Below are positions 1 to 7,137 of a stretch of DNA of 13,394 bases, piece by piece. The position numbers were made by a program, and so were the translations under genes. The notes below the pieces were generated by a model. The model made no database searches, was not told the origin of the DNA, and saw only the letters and a list, made by a program, of their open reading frames with translations. The DNA comes from an uncultured Erysipelotrichaceae bacterium. GTDB taxonomy: Bacteria > Bacillota_I > Bacilli_A > Erysipelotrichales > Erysipelotrichaceae. The stretch lies in assembly GCA_964457525.1 (NCBI GenBank), contig CAYWGS010000037.1, positions 1 through 13,394 of the forward strand. Reading direction: 5' to 3'. How positions within the stretch are numbered: position 1 is the first letter of the stretch; each line of letters begins with the position of its first letter.

Positions 1-556
1 ATCTTAATCCGATTTGAATTAATTTTATAATGGTTAAGAATGCTAATACAAAGAAACTGATTACAAGAAAAATCCATTTAAGCGATGTCATCGTACCAGC
101 AAAATCTACAATTAGAAATGTTGGGGAAGGGAAGCGAGCCATCACAATTGTTACCATGATGTTCTCAAGGTAATCAAAAAGGATTGCGAAATAACTAAAA
201 GATAGAATCCAACGATTATGGTATGAAAGACCAATTGATTGGTACAATAATGCACTTACTGAGAATATAAATGAGAAGTATACAATCGGCCAAATTAAAT
301 CGAACGTCCAACGTTGTTGTATGTAGAAAGCTCTACCTTCTGATCCATAGCTTTCAACAATACGATATAACTCACTACCATTGTAAAACCAAGATGTATC
401 AATACTTTCTTTTAATCCATATACTTGCGATAGATTGCTTTGTTCAGGTAGGATCTTTACAATAAAAAATACAAATAACAGAGTAGAAAACACTCCAAAC
501 CATAATGGGATTCGATCAATGCTTATATGAAATAATTTTTTAGTTAAGTTCTTCAT
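1..556 (-). CDS. Integral membrane protein of unknown function (C-terminal part runs off the window)
   Basis: Minus-strand frame is open from ATG at 556 to the window edge, so it has no stop and is absent from the supplied track. My translation starts MKNLTKKLFHISIDRIPLWFGVFSTLLFVFFIV and continues through several hydrophobic helices (IWPIVYFSFIFSVSALL, WIFLVISFFVLAFLTII). An in-frame TAA at 575-577 just upstream makes ATG 556 the first possible start. No family recognised. Confidence 0.6.
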   Translation of the reverse strand, partial: MKNLTKKLFHISIDRIPLWFGVFSTLLFVFFIVKILPEQSNLSQVYGLKESIDTSWFYNGSELYRIVESYGSEGRAFYIQQRWTFDLIWPIVYFSFIFSVSALLYQSIGLSYHNRWILSFSYFAILFDYLENIMVTIVMARFPSPTFLIVDFAGTMTSLKWIFLVISFFVLAFLTIIKLIQIGLR

Positions 557-563
557 TAGGTAG

Positions 564-592
564 ATTCTACCAAATTAAACGATAAGCTACAA
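564..592 (-). promoter_or_regulatory. Sigma-A type promoter: -35 TTGTAG, 17 nt spacer, extended -10 TGgTAGAAT
   Basis: Read on the minus strand, TTGTAG lies at 592-587 and TGgTAGAAT at 572-564. The -10 ends only 7 nt before ATG 556, and there is no Shine-Dalgarno in between. Confidence 0.45.
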
Positions 593-610
593 TTTTCAGA
601 ATTAGGAACA

Positions 611-640
611 TAAAAAAACAGAAGTCATTCAACTTCTGTT
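611..640 (-). terminator. Rho-independent terminator of the DUF3048 lipoprotein gene
   Basis: A 9 bp stem (617-625 pairs with 632-640) encloses a 6 nt loop (626-631). On the minus strand a run of T follows (complement of A612-A616). It starts 8 nt after the TAA stop at 648-650. Confidence 0.75.
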
Positions 641-647
641 TGTTTTA

Positions 648-1685
648 TTAATTCCACGTAATCTCAAAATCAATTGGAACAATTTGAATATAGGTTGTTC
701 CTGGTAACATCACAAATGGTTGATCATCTTCGGTAAACCAATGCGTCACATCACCTTCAAAATCTTTTACCCAATATCCTTTGATATGTTTACCATTTAC
801 GAAGTAATCCGCATCACCTTGATACTTCAATTCGACTAAGACGTATCCATTAACTTCAGTATGTTCTAAGTATTGTACGATAACATTTGTCGCATGGATT
901 TGTGTATCGTATAACGCATCGACATGAGCTTCTTCGTTAATAAAACGATTATAGTATTTGTTTACTTCATCAAATTCATAACTTACTTTATTAGCTGTTT
1001 CAGTAGGGTAATCAATCTCGATATAAGTAGCGGCATCTGCACTTGTGCTAATTTCTTCTTCATCAAATGTAAAATGATCTTTAACCCATACATCTGGGAA
1101 ATCTTGTGATGCTTCTTCTAGTTTGATGTATGCATTATGAGGGGCTGGTTTATCATCCGTTCTAAAGAAATATTTATCGTTGATACCAGCTACTGCATCA
1201 AAACGATAAGGAACATAACTCTTCTGTAATAAAGCCAATGCATTAACAGAATCAGGATTCTTCTTTCCATTTTGAGCAACTGAACCAGCTCCACCATAGT
1301 GAACAAGAGCAGTTTGCCACTCGTTATAGATTCGAACAAATGGGACACGGATCGATCTTAATGGTCCAACTTTTTCTGGGAACTCACCTTCGAAAATTGC
1401 CATAAAACGTGTTTCTAAATACTCTTCCTTAATGACCTCATAAACAACATCTGCTTTACTTAATCCATAATGAGGACGAGCGACTGCAGAGTTATTAACG
1501 AGTACCGCAACAGCTTTGTATGTTTGTGTTTCGCCTTCTTCTAAAGGGTATCCATCAAACTGATTGCGTATAACTGGAACCTCAGGTACAACAACTTCTT
1601 CCTCTTCAACAATCTCTTCTTGTGGTCCACTACAACCAATTAAGGTAAACAAAACAAGGGTAAGCATAATTATTTTCTTAAGCAT
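648..1685 (-). CDS. DUF3048 domain lipoprotein (B. subtilis YerB-like)
   Basis: This is the track ORF 648-1721. I prefer the start at ATG 1685 (MLKKIIMLTLVLFTLIGCSG) because GAGGA sits 9 nt upstream and the sequence gives a signal peptide plus lipobox L-I-G-C. The core VLVNNSAVARPHYGLSKADVVYEVIKEEYLETRFMAIF...VGPLRSIR...KPAPHNAY matches my recollection of the DUF3048 pattern (N..ARPQSGL..AD.VYE...TRF.A.F...GPVRSAR...APHN). Confidence 0.8.
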   Translation of the reverse strand: MLKKIIMLTLVLFTLIGCSGPQEEIVEEEEVVVPEVPVIRNQFDGYPLEEGETQTYKAVAVLVNNSAVARPHYGLSKADVVYEVIKEEYLETRFMAIFEGEFPEKVGPLRSIRVPFVRIYNEWQTALVHYGGAGSVAQNGKKNPDSVNALALLQKSYVPYRFDAVAGINDKYFFRTDDKPAPHNAYIKLEEASQDFPDVWVKDHFTFDEEEISTSADAATYIEIDYPTETANKVSYEFDEVNKYYNRFINEEAHVDALYDTQIHATNVIVQYLEHTEVNGYVLVELKYQGDADYFVNGKHIKGYWVKDFEGDVTHWFTEDDQPFVMLPGTTYIQIVPIDFEITWN

Positions 1686-1771
1686 GTAATTTGTTCCTCG
1701 CGATAGTTTTATTATAAACAATCCTTGAGGTATACTCCATATAATCTAAGTGTTTTTAATCAATTATTAAA

Positions 1772-1798
1772 ACAAACAAGTCATTTTAACTTGTTTGT
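1772..1798 (-). terminator. Rho-independent terminator of the DUF4349 lipoprotein gene
   Basis: A 10 bp stem (1772-1781 pairs with 1789-1798) encloses a 7 nt loop. On the minus strand it is followed by TTTAATAATT. It lies 9 nt after the TAG stop at 1807-1809. Confidence 0.65.
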
Positions 1799-1806
1799 CA
1801 TAGTTT

Positions 1807-2739
1807 CTATTCTTTCTTTTCTGGATTATCTTTCTTAATAAACTTCTTAAATAAATTAAATGACTTATTTTTTGAGAATTTTTTGAATATGAAATAGATA
1901 AAGGCTACCGGCAAACACCATAAAATAAATTGAATTAAAATGAATGGGAGAGTAGTCACAATAAATACAAAACCAGTTTCAAGTGTACGTAAGAAGTTTT
2001 GAGCATTACTACTAAATCCTTCCACGATCTTTTCCCATAGACTTGCTTCATCAGATGGAGAGTACTCATAGACTTCTCGAACGGATAAATTGAACTGAGT
2101 ATACTCAATGCGCTTATCATAATCAAGTATCGTGGATTCTAAACGTTCGATCTCATAACGTGTATTCGATAACTCGTTTTCAATCATGAGTAAATCGGAG
2201 AGTGAACCTGATTGATTTAAGAGTTCAAGAAGTCGTAATTCTTTAGCTTTTAGTGTAGTAATACGTGCTTCTGTATCACGATAACTATCGGTCACATTAT
2301 AAGCTTCACGACTCTCACTGACGATATTAGATGATTTACCAGCTTCTAATATGAAATCTTCAATACTTTTCGTAGGTATCATCACCACTAGATTTGCTTG
2401 TAAATTACTAAACTCAACTTCTGCTTTAGGTCTTGGAATATAGGAACTCTGAACATACCCACCGAGTGATTTAACGAGTGCTTCAATTTCGCTAATCGTA
2501 GTGGTGTATTGTTTCGTTTCTATTTCCAAACCAATGGTTTGAATTAATTTCTCATCAGAACTTATATTAGTAACATCTTTGGAGATATCTTGTTCTTCAT
2601 TGGTGTAGGAAGGAACCATTCCTTCAGACATTTCACCACTTTGATCAATTGAACTTTCTTCACTAGGGGATAGAAAGGATGAACAAGAACTGAGTAAACT
2701 AATGAGTAGGATAAACAACAGTATCTTTCTGAATTTCAT
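1807..2739 (-). CDS. DUF4349 domain lipoprotein with a C-terminal membrane anchor
   Basis: GGAGG lies upstream of ATG 2739. The N-terminus MKFRKILLFILLISLLSSCSS carries the lipobox L-S-S-C. The central region (KLIQTIGLEIETKQYTTTISEIEALVKSLGGYVQSS...ANLVVMIPTKSIEDF...NVTDSYRDTEARITTLKAKELRLLELL...LLMIENELSNTRYEIERLES) and the C-terminal TM helices (FVFIVTTLPFILIQFILWCLPVAFIYFIF) fit the DUF4349 layout as I recall it. Confidence 0.8.
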   Translation of the reverse strand: MKFRKILLFILLISLLSSCSSFLSPSEESSIDQSGEMSEGMVPSYTNEEQDISKDVTNISSDEKLIQTIGLEIETKQYTTTISEIEALVKSLGGYVQSSYIPRPKAEVEFSNLQANLVVMIPTKSIEDFILEAGKSSNIVSESREAYNVTDSYRDTEARITTLKAKELRLLELLNQSGSLSDLLMIENELSNTRYEIERLESTILDYDKRIEYTQFNLSVREVYEYSPSDEASLWEKIVEGFSSNAQNFLRTLETGFVFIVTTLPFILIQFILWCLPVAFIYFIFKKFSKNKSFNLFKKFIKKDNPEKKE

Positions 2740-2805
2740 AAATGTATCCTCCTAAGCACATCATATTCTTTTTTCTGTTAAGATATCATTAATATTCAAA
2801 GTTGT

Positions 2806-2833
2806 TTTATAAGGTTTATGAAATAAGTGTAAA
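2806..2833 (-). promoter_or_regulatory. Candidate promoter for the DUF4349 gene: -35 TTTACA, 16 nt spacer, -10 TATAAA
   Basis: On the minus strand, TTTACA is the complement of 2828-2833 and TATAAA the complement of 2806-2811. This would give a 5' UTR of roughly 60 nt. Confidence 0.4.
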
Positions 2834-2836
2834 TTT

Positions 2837-2853
2837 AATGTAAAAATTACATT
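2837..2853. promoter_or_regulatory. Perfect 7-3-7 palindrome AATGTAA-AAA-TTACATT between the two divergent -35 boxes (candidate operator)
   Basis: The inverted repeat is read directly from the sequence. Its right arm ATTACATTT (2846-2854) recurs exactly at 2867-2875, inside the spacer of the ABC-operon promoter. A further TGTAAA lies at 2828-2833. Confidence 0.45.
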
Positions 2854-2859
2854 TAGTAC

Positions 2860-2888
2860 TTGAAATATTACATTTGGAGTGATAATAT
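2860..2888 (+). promoter_or_regulatory. Sigma-A promoter of the ABC transporter operon: -35 TTGAAA, 17 nt spacer, extended -10 TGaTAATAT
   Basis: TTGAAA lies at 2860-2865, TG at 2880-2881 and TAATAT at 2883-2888. The predicted transcription start is near 2895, about 215 nt upstream of the first start codon. Confidence 0.65.
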
Positions 2889-2894
2889 CTAAAC

Positions 2895-3109
2895 AGAAAG
2901 GCTGGTGCTGGACATGAAAGATCAAAAAGATATGCTTATTCAGCATTCAACACGTTATTATTTTTATTTTAGTTAGCTAGGTTAATGTCACAACGATATT
3001 AACCTGTTTTACATGGTAAAAATATCTGCGTGATTGAATAAAAATTAGATTTCTAGAAAGCCGCGCAGATATGTGTGGCTTTTTATTTATTTCATTGGAG
3101 GGAAAGAAA
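2895..3109 (+). promoter_or_regulatory. 5' leader with alternative antiterminator and terminator structures (attenuator or unclassified riboswitch-like element)
   Basis: The antiterminator pairs 3022-3032 (ATATCTGCGTG) with 3062-3072 (CGCGCAGATAT): 11 bp including one G-U. It shares its 3' strand with the terminator stem at 3059-3080. An upstream hairpin lies at 2980-3004. There is no room for a promoter between the terminator and the RBS at 3098-3103. Confidence 0.55.
3059..3090 (+). terminator. Intrinsic terminator inside the leader, directly upstream of the ABC operon RBS
   Basis: A 9 bp stem (3059-3067 pairs with 3072-3080, including two G-U pairs) carries a GATA tetraloop and is followed by TTTTATTTATTT. 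Confidence 0.7.
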
Positions 3110-4093
3110 ATGAAAAAGGGAATCAAAGGAATTGTATTAAGTTTATGGATTATTCTAATGTTAGTTGCTTGTGCAAGTCCAACAGAAAATAAAGACGATA
3201 TTAAAGTTATCGGTGTACTACAATGGGTAACGCATCCTGCGTTAGATGCGACCTTAACAGGATTACAAGATGAATTAGAAGCTCAAGGGATTGATTCAAC
3301 AAAAGTAGAATGGGTCATTAAGAATGCGGATGGTCAAGCGGCCAATGCGGATCTAATTGCGAAACAATTTGTAAGTGATGGAGTGGATCTGATTTATGCG
3401 ATTGCGACACCCGCTGCCCAAGCTGCAGTAAACGCAACACTTGGAAGTGATTTACCGGTTGTATTTAATGCGGTAACGGATGCGGTTGTGGCTGGTTTAG
3501 TTGAAACAAACGAACGTCCTGGAGGGAATGTGACCGGTGTATCGGATGCGGCACCGCTTGAATTACAAATACAACTCATCAAAGATTTCTTACCAGAAGC
3601 TCAAAAGATTGGAATGTTATACAACTTAGGCGAAGTAAATGGCAAGATCCAAGTTGAACAAGTTCAAGCTTTATCCTCACAGTTTAATTTAGAAGTTGTG
3701 GCCATGGGAGTCACAAACAGTGATGAAATCGCATCTGCAATGACACAACTTGTGAGTGAAGTGGATGCCATCTATAACATAACGGATAATCTTATCGTTA
3801 CCGCAACCTCGATTATTGTAGATAAAGCAAATAGTGCTAACATACCTGTATTTGCGGCTGAAAATGGAGCGATGGATTTAGGCTTACTTGCAGTGGATGG
3901 ATTAAGTTATGAGAAATTAGGAAGACAAGCAGGAAGTATCGTAAACGATATTCTATTTAATCAAAAGAGTCCAGCTGAAATCGCTGTAAGTGGTGCAGTT
4001 GATACTTCTTTAGAGATAAATGTAAAAGTAGCGGAATTATTGGGTATTACAATCCCTGAATCACTTAAGGCAAGAGCTACTTTAGTTGAGTAG
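3110..4093 (+). CDS. ABC transporter substrate-binding lipoprotein, ABC_sub_bind family (PF04392 / COG2984), substrate unknown
   Basis: The track ORF starts at 3071, but that extension covers the terminator. ATG 3110 has GGAGGG 6 nt upstream and gives MKKGIKGIVLSLWIILMLVACASP with lipobox L-V-A-C. The body (IGVLQWVTHPALD...DLIYAIATPAAQAA...LPVVFNAVTDAVVAGLV...PGGNVTGVSD...KIGMLYNLGEVN) matches the family pattern as I recall it. Confidence 0.85.
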   Translation: MKKGIKGIVLSLWIILMLVACASPTENKDDIKVIGVLQWVTHPALDATLTGLQDELEAQGIDSTKVEWVIKNADGQAANADLIAKQFVSDGVDLIYAIATPAAQAAVNATLGSDLPVVFNAVTDAVVAGLVETNERPGGNVTGVSDAAPLELQIQLIKDFLPEAQKIGMLYNLGEVNGKIQVEQVQALSSQFNLEVVAMGVTNSDEIASAMTQLVSEVDAIYNITDNLIVTATSIIVDKANSANIPVFAAENGAMDLGLLAVDGLSYEKLGRQAGSIVNDILFNQKSPAEIAVSGAVDTSLEINVKVAELLGITIPESLKARATLVE

Positions 4094-5036
4094 TATGACA
4101 AACCTTATAACAGATGTATTAGTACAAGGTCTAGCCTATGGTATCCTAGCCATTGGCGTAACCTTGACCTATAAAATACTCGACTTTGCCGATTTAACTG
4201 TGGATGGCAGTTTCCCCCTAGGTGCAGTCATTGCGGCTGTTTGTTTAATCAATCAAATACCAGTTGCGGCCGCAATGGCTCTCGCTTTTATGGGAGGTGC
4301 ATGTGCAGGTGCGATAACAGGCATCATTCACGTTAAATTAAAAATAACAGGATTGTTAAGTGGAATCTTGGTCATGACAGGTTTATATTCGATTAATCTA
4401 ATGGTAGGGGGGAATAAATCAAATATTCCTGTCTTCAATCAAAAAACCATATTTACAATGGGTAATTGGATTGATCTCATACCACCTTCGATTCAACCAA
4501 TGTTTACACGCTTCTATCCAATACTTGTGGTGTTGATCATTGTGATGGTTCTTAAATGGATCATTGATTGGTTTCTTACAACACAACTTGGTTATTTAAT
4601 CCGTATTACAGGCGATAATCCTCAACTCGTAATTGCGCTAGGTGAGGATATTGGAAAGACCAAAATTATTGCGCTTAGTTTATCCAATGGAATTGCGGCA
4701 CTTGCTGGATCTGTGATTATGCAACTGTATCGTTTCTATGATATATCGATGGGAAGTGGAACAGTTGTATCTGGTTTAGCGGCAGTTGTATTAGGTTTAA
4801 CAGTATTCTCATGGATGAAGTCCATGAAAATCACAAGTATTGTTATCTTGGGATCGATTTTATATCGACTCAGCATCGCAATCGCATTAGCACTAAAACT
4901 GCCTCCAAGTAATCTTAAACTCATGTCAGCCCTCATCTTTATTGGCGCAATCATGATTAATAATGGTGATCTCAAGGGATGGCTTAACAAGCGAATAGGA
5001 GAAGTAAAATATGTTATCACTCAGAAACATTTATAA
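4086..5036 (+). CDS. ABC transporter permease (COG4120-type, multi-spanning)
   Basis: The product is hydrophobic throughout. The track start TTG 4086 overlaps the upstream TAG stop (4091-4093). ATG 4095, three codons downstream, is an equally plausible start. The gene sits between the binding-protein and ATPase genes. Confidence 0.8.
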   Translation: MSSMTNLITDVLVQGLAYGILAIGVTLTYKILDFADLTVDGSFPLGAVIAAVCLINQIPVAAAMALAFMGGACAGAITGIIHVKLKITGLLSGILVMTGLYSINLMVGGNKSNIPVFNQKTIFTMGNWIDLIPPSIQPMFTRFYPILVVLIIVMVLKWIIDWFLTTQLGYLIRITGDNPQLVIALGEDIGKTKIIALSLSNGIAALAGSVIMQLYRFYDISMGSGTVVSGLAAVVLGLTVFSWMKSMKITSIVILGSILYRLSIAIALALKLPPSNLKLMSALIFIGAIMINNGDLKGWLNKRIGEVKYVITQKHL

Positions 5037-5805
5037 GACATTTAATACAGGTACTTCGAATGAGATGTCACTCTATCAGAATTTATCAATCTCAGTCAAA
5101 AAAGGGGATTTTATTACGATTATTGGTTCAAATGGGAGTGGAAAATCAAGTTTCCTCAATATGATTGCAGGTAGTTTAAATGCGGATGAAGGAAGTATTG
5201 AATTCTTAGGTAAAGATATCTCTTTAACCAAGGAACATCAACGTTCTACTACAATTTCACGAGTCTACCAAGATCCATTAAAAGGGACTGCACCTTCACT
5301 CACCATCCTTGAGAATCTTTCGATGGCTGCGAATAAAGGTAAACCATTTAATCTTAAAAAGGGTGTAAATCCTAAACAGATTGATGAGTTTAAGAAGATT
5401 CTTTCACGTTTAAACCTAAATCTAGAAGATAAACTAGAGTCTAAAGTAGGATTACTATCGGGTGGTCAAAGACAAGCATTAAGTTTATTGATGGCAACCA
5501 TTGTGGAACCCCAATTATTATTGTTGGATGAACATACCGCTGCGCTTGATCCAAAGACATCCGAATTGATTATTAACTTAACCGAATCCTTGGTCGAAGA
5601 AAAACAACTCACAACCATTATGGTAACGCATAATCTTAAACAAGCCATAGAAGTGGGTAATCGATTAATTATGTTTCATAAGGGTAAGATTATTCTAGAT
5701 ATTGATGGTGAAGAGAAAAGGAACTTAACGGTATCAGAACTCATCAACTACTTTAATAAGTTGCATATCAGTAATGATTTAAGTGATGCATTATTACTCA
5801 CTTAA
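5011..5805 (+). CDS. ABC transporter ATP-binding protein (COG1101-type)
   Basis: Walker A is GSNGSGKSS, the ABC signature is LSGGQRQ, Walker B is LLLLDE and the H-loop is VTHN. GGAG lies upstream of ATG 5011. The start overlaps the permease 3' end by 26 nt, which suggests translational coupling. Confidence 0.9.
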   Translation: MLSLRNIYKTFNTGTSNEMSLYQNLSISVKKGDFITIIGSNGSGKSSFLNMIAGSLNADEGSIEFLGKDISLTKEHQRSTTISRVYQDPLKGTAPSLTILENLSMAANKGKPFNLKKGVNPKQIDEFKKILSRLNLNLEDKLESKVGLLSGGQRQALSLLMATIVEPQLLLLDEHTAALDPKTSELIINLTESLVEEKQLTTIMVTHNLKQAIEVGNRLIMFHKGKIILDIDGEEKRNLTVSELINYFNKLHISNDLSDALLLT

Positions 5806-5810
5806 TTAGC

Positions 5811-5836
5811 AAAACACCTTCACATGAAGGTGTTTT
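5811..5836. terminator. Bidirectional intrinsic terminator between convergent genes
   Basis: An 11 bp stem AAAACACCTTC / GAAGGTGTTTT carries an ACAT loop. The A/T runs at the stem ends supply U-tracts on both strands. It sits between the stops at 5803-5805 (+) and 5841-5843 (-). Confidence 0.75.
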
Positions 5837-5840
5837 AATT

Positions 5841-7004
5841 TTATATATTTATTCCTGCAGTATAGCCCGTTGAAAAGGCAACAGTCATATTATATCCACC
5901 TGTAAGTGAATTGACATCCAATGATTCTCCACAAATAGAGAGCCATGGATGTATTTTTGATTGAAGTGTTTTTGGATCAATCTCTTTTAAGTTTACTCCC
6001 CCCGAAGTAACAAACGCAGTCATGAATCCACGTGTTCCATGAAGTTCTAATGGGAATTTCTTTAACAATTGTTTAATATCGTCGTTTGGATAATGTTCTT
6101 TAAGGACTTGGATGAGTCGCTTAGGAATCCCATTTAATAATGCATCATCCTTACTTTTTTGGAGTTCTTCCAAGGATATATTTGGTAAGAAATCAATCAC
6201 ACAATGCACTTGATTATCTGGTTGAAAGGTATCAGTTAAATAACTGCTTGTTTGAAGGGCACCAGGACCCGATAAACCAAAGTGTGTAAACAATAAATCA
6301 TGTACAACTGTAATTACTTTCTTATTGTTTATGTAACTTGTGATGGATACATCTTTGAACGATAGTCCTTGTAAGTCCTTAGACTGAATAATCGGTGAAT
6401 TACTGACAAGAGGAACTTCTGCTGGTCTTAATTCTGAAATGGTATGACCTAAAGATTCAATTAAATCAAAACCTTGTTTATCAGAACCCGTTTGTGGGTA
6501 GGTACAACCCCCCATAGCGAGGATTAAATGATCAAAATGAAATGGTTGCTTATCAGTCATAACACTCATACTTTCAATATCAATGCTTATAACACGTTGT
6601 TTATATTTAATCTCTACATTTAACTTCTTCAGTTCGTTTTCAAGCACTCGAATGATATCATCTGACTTATCACTTTTAGGGAAAATCCGATGATGATCTT
6701 CTTCTTTTAATTCAACTCCACGAGAAGTAAAAAAATGCATAATATCACGAGTATTAAACTGATTCAAACTACTATATAAAAAACGTCCATTACGAGGAGT
6801 ATGTTTGATAATCTCTTCATTACTAACATTAGCGGTTAAGTTACAACGACCCCCACCCGTTAATCTTAATTTGACACCTAATCGATCATTACCTTCAAGT
6901 AATGTTACTTTTGTATCTGGATGATTTGTTTTACAAGCAATCGCAGCCATACATCCAGCCGGACCACCTCCAACAATTACGATATTTCTCACACGATTCT
7001 CCAT
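5841..7004 (-). CDS. HI0933/YhiN-family NAD(P)/FAD-dependent oxidoreductase (aminoacetone-oxidase-like flavoprotein, BaiN-like)
   Basis: The N-terminal dinucleotide-binding motif is IVIVGGGPAGCMAA. It is followed by the family hallmark LTGGGRCNLTAN and a C-terminal GGYN...AFSTGYTAG segment. Confidence 0.85.
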   Translation of the reverse strand: MENRVRNIVIVGGGPAGCMAAIACKTNHPDTKVTLLEGNDRLGVKLRLTGGGRCNLTANVSNEEIIKHTPRNGRFLYSSLNQFNTRDIMHFFTSRGVELKEEDHHRIFPKSDKSDDIIRVLENELKKLNVEIKYKQRVISIDIESMSVMTDKQPFHFDHLILAMGGCTYPQTGSDKQGFDLIESLGHTISELRPAEVPLVSNSPIIQSKDLQGLSFKDVSITSYINNKKVITVVHDLLFTHFGLSGPGALQTSSYLTDTFQPDNQVHCVIDFLPNISLEELQKSKDDALLNGIPKRLIQVLKEHYPNDDIKQLLKKFPLELHGTRGFMTAFVTSGGVNLKEIDPKTLQSKIHPWLSICGESLDVNSLTGGYNMTVAFSTGYTAGINI

Positions 7005-7105
7005 TTCTCTTATTAGTTTAACAGATTGAAGCTTATATGAAAAATAAGGTTATTAGATAATCATTCTTTTGTGTTCAAATACTCATATTCATACAACAAT
7101 GGATA

Positions 7106-7114
7106 TGATAAAAT
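7106..7114 (+). promoter_or_regulatory. Candidate extended -10 promoter (TGaTAAAAT) for the 7138-9459 gene pair
   Basis: TG lies at 7106-7107 and TAAAAT at 7109-7114. Only a weak -35 is present (TTCATA/TATTCA around 7086-7093). The element is 14 nt upstream of the GGAGG at 7128-7132. Confidence 0.35.
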
Positions 7115-7137
7115 CGAGTATGTGAGTGGAGGAAACT

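Noticed and set aside
271-465. 64 aa plus-strand ORF, and likewise 924-1109 (+)
   Set aside because: Each lies entirely antisense within a longer, better-supported minus-strand gene (membrane protein 1-556; DUF3048 gene). Neither has an RBS or a recognisable sequence.
2761-2946. 61 aa minus-strand ORF in the divergent intergenic region
   Set aside because: It spans both promoters, the palindromic operator and the start of the leader. It has no RBS and a low-complexity AT-driven composition, and it would overlap the regulatory signals of two flanking genes. I treat it as non-coding.
2895-3090. T-box riboswitch, or TRAP-type (G/U)AG repeat binding site, upstream of the TrpXYZ-like transporter
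   Set aside because: I could not find the conserved T-box sequence on the 5' side of the antiterminator, nor stem I features such as the AG bulge and distal loop motifs. The TAG triplets (2970-2980, 3045-3056) are too few, and their 1 nt spacing is wrong for TRAP. I left the element unclassified rather than naming it.
3071-3109. N-terminal extension (MCGFLFISLEGKK) of the binding-protein ORF in the track
   Set aside because: The extension is encoded by the terminator stem and T-tract and has no RBS. ATG 3110 has GGAGGG at ideal spacing and yields a canonical lipoprotein signal peptide.
3110-4093. Apparently higher GC in the binding-protein gene as a sign of horizontal transfer
   Set aside because: This is only an impression from reading Ala/Gly-rich stretches. 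I cannot compute windowed GC or codon adaptation here. The flanking operon genes and signals look native. A GC-skew or codon-usage calculation would be needed.
3394-5648. Antisense ORFs 3394-3582, 4736-5020 and 5466-5648 (-) inside the ABC operon
   Set aside because: They lie opposite genes with clear family motifs. They are Ala/Ser/Thr-rich shadow frames typical of the complement of real coding sequence.
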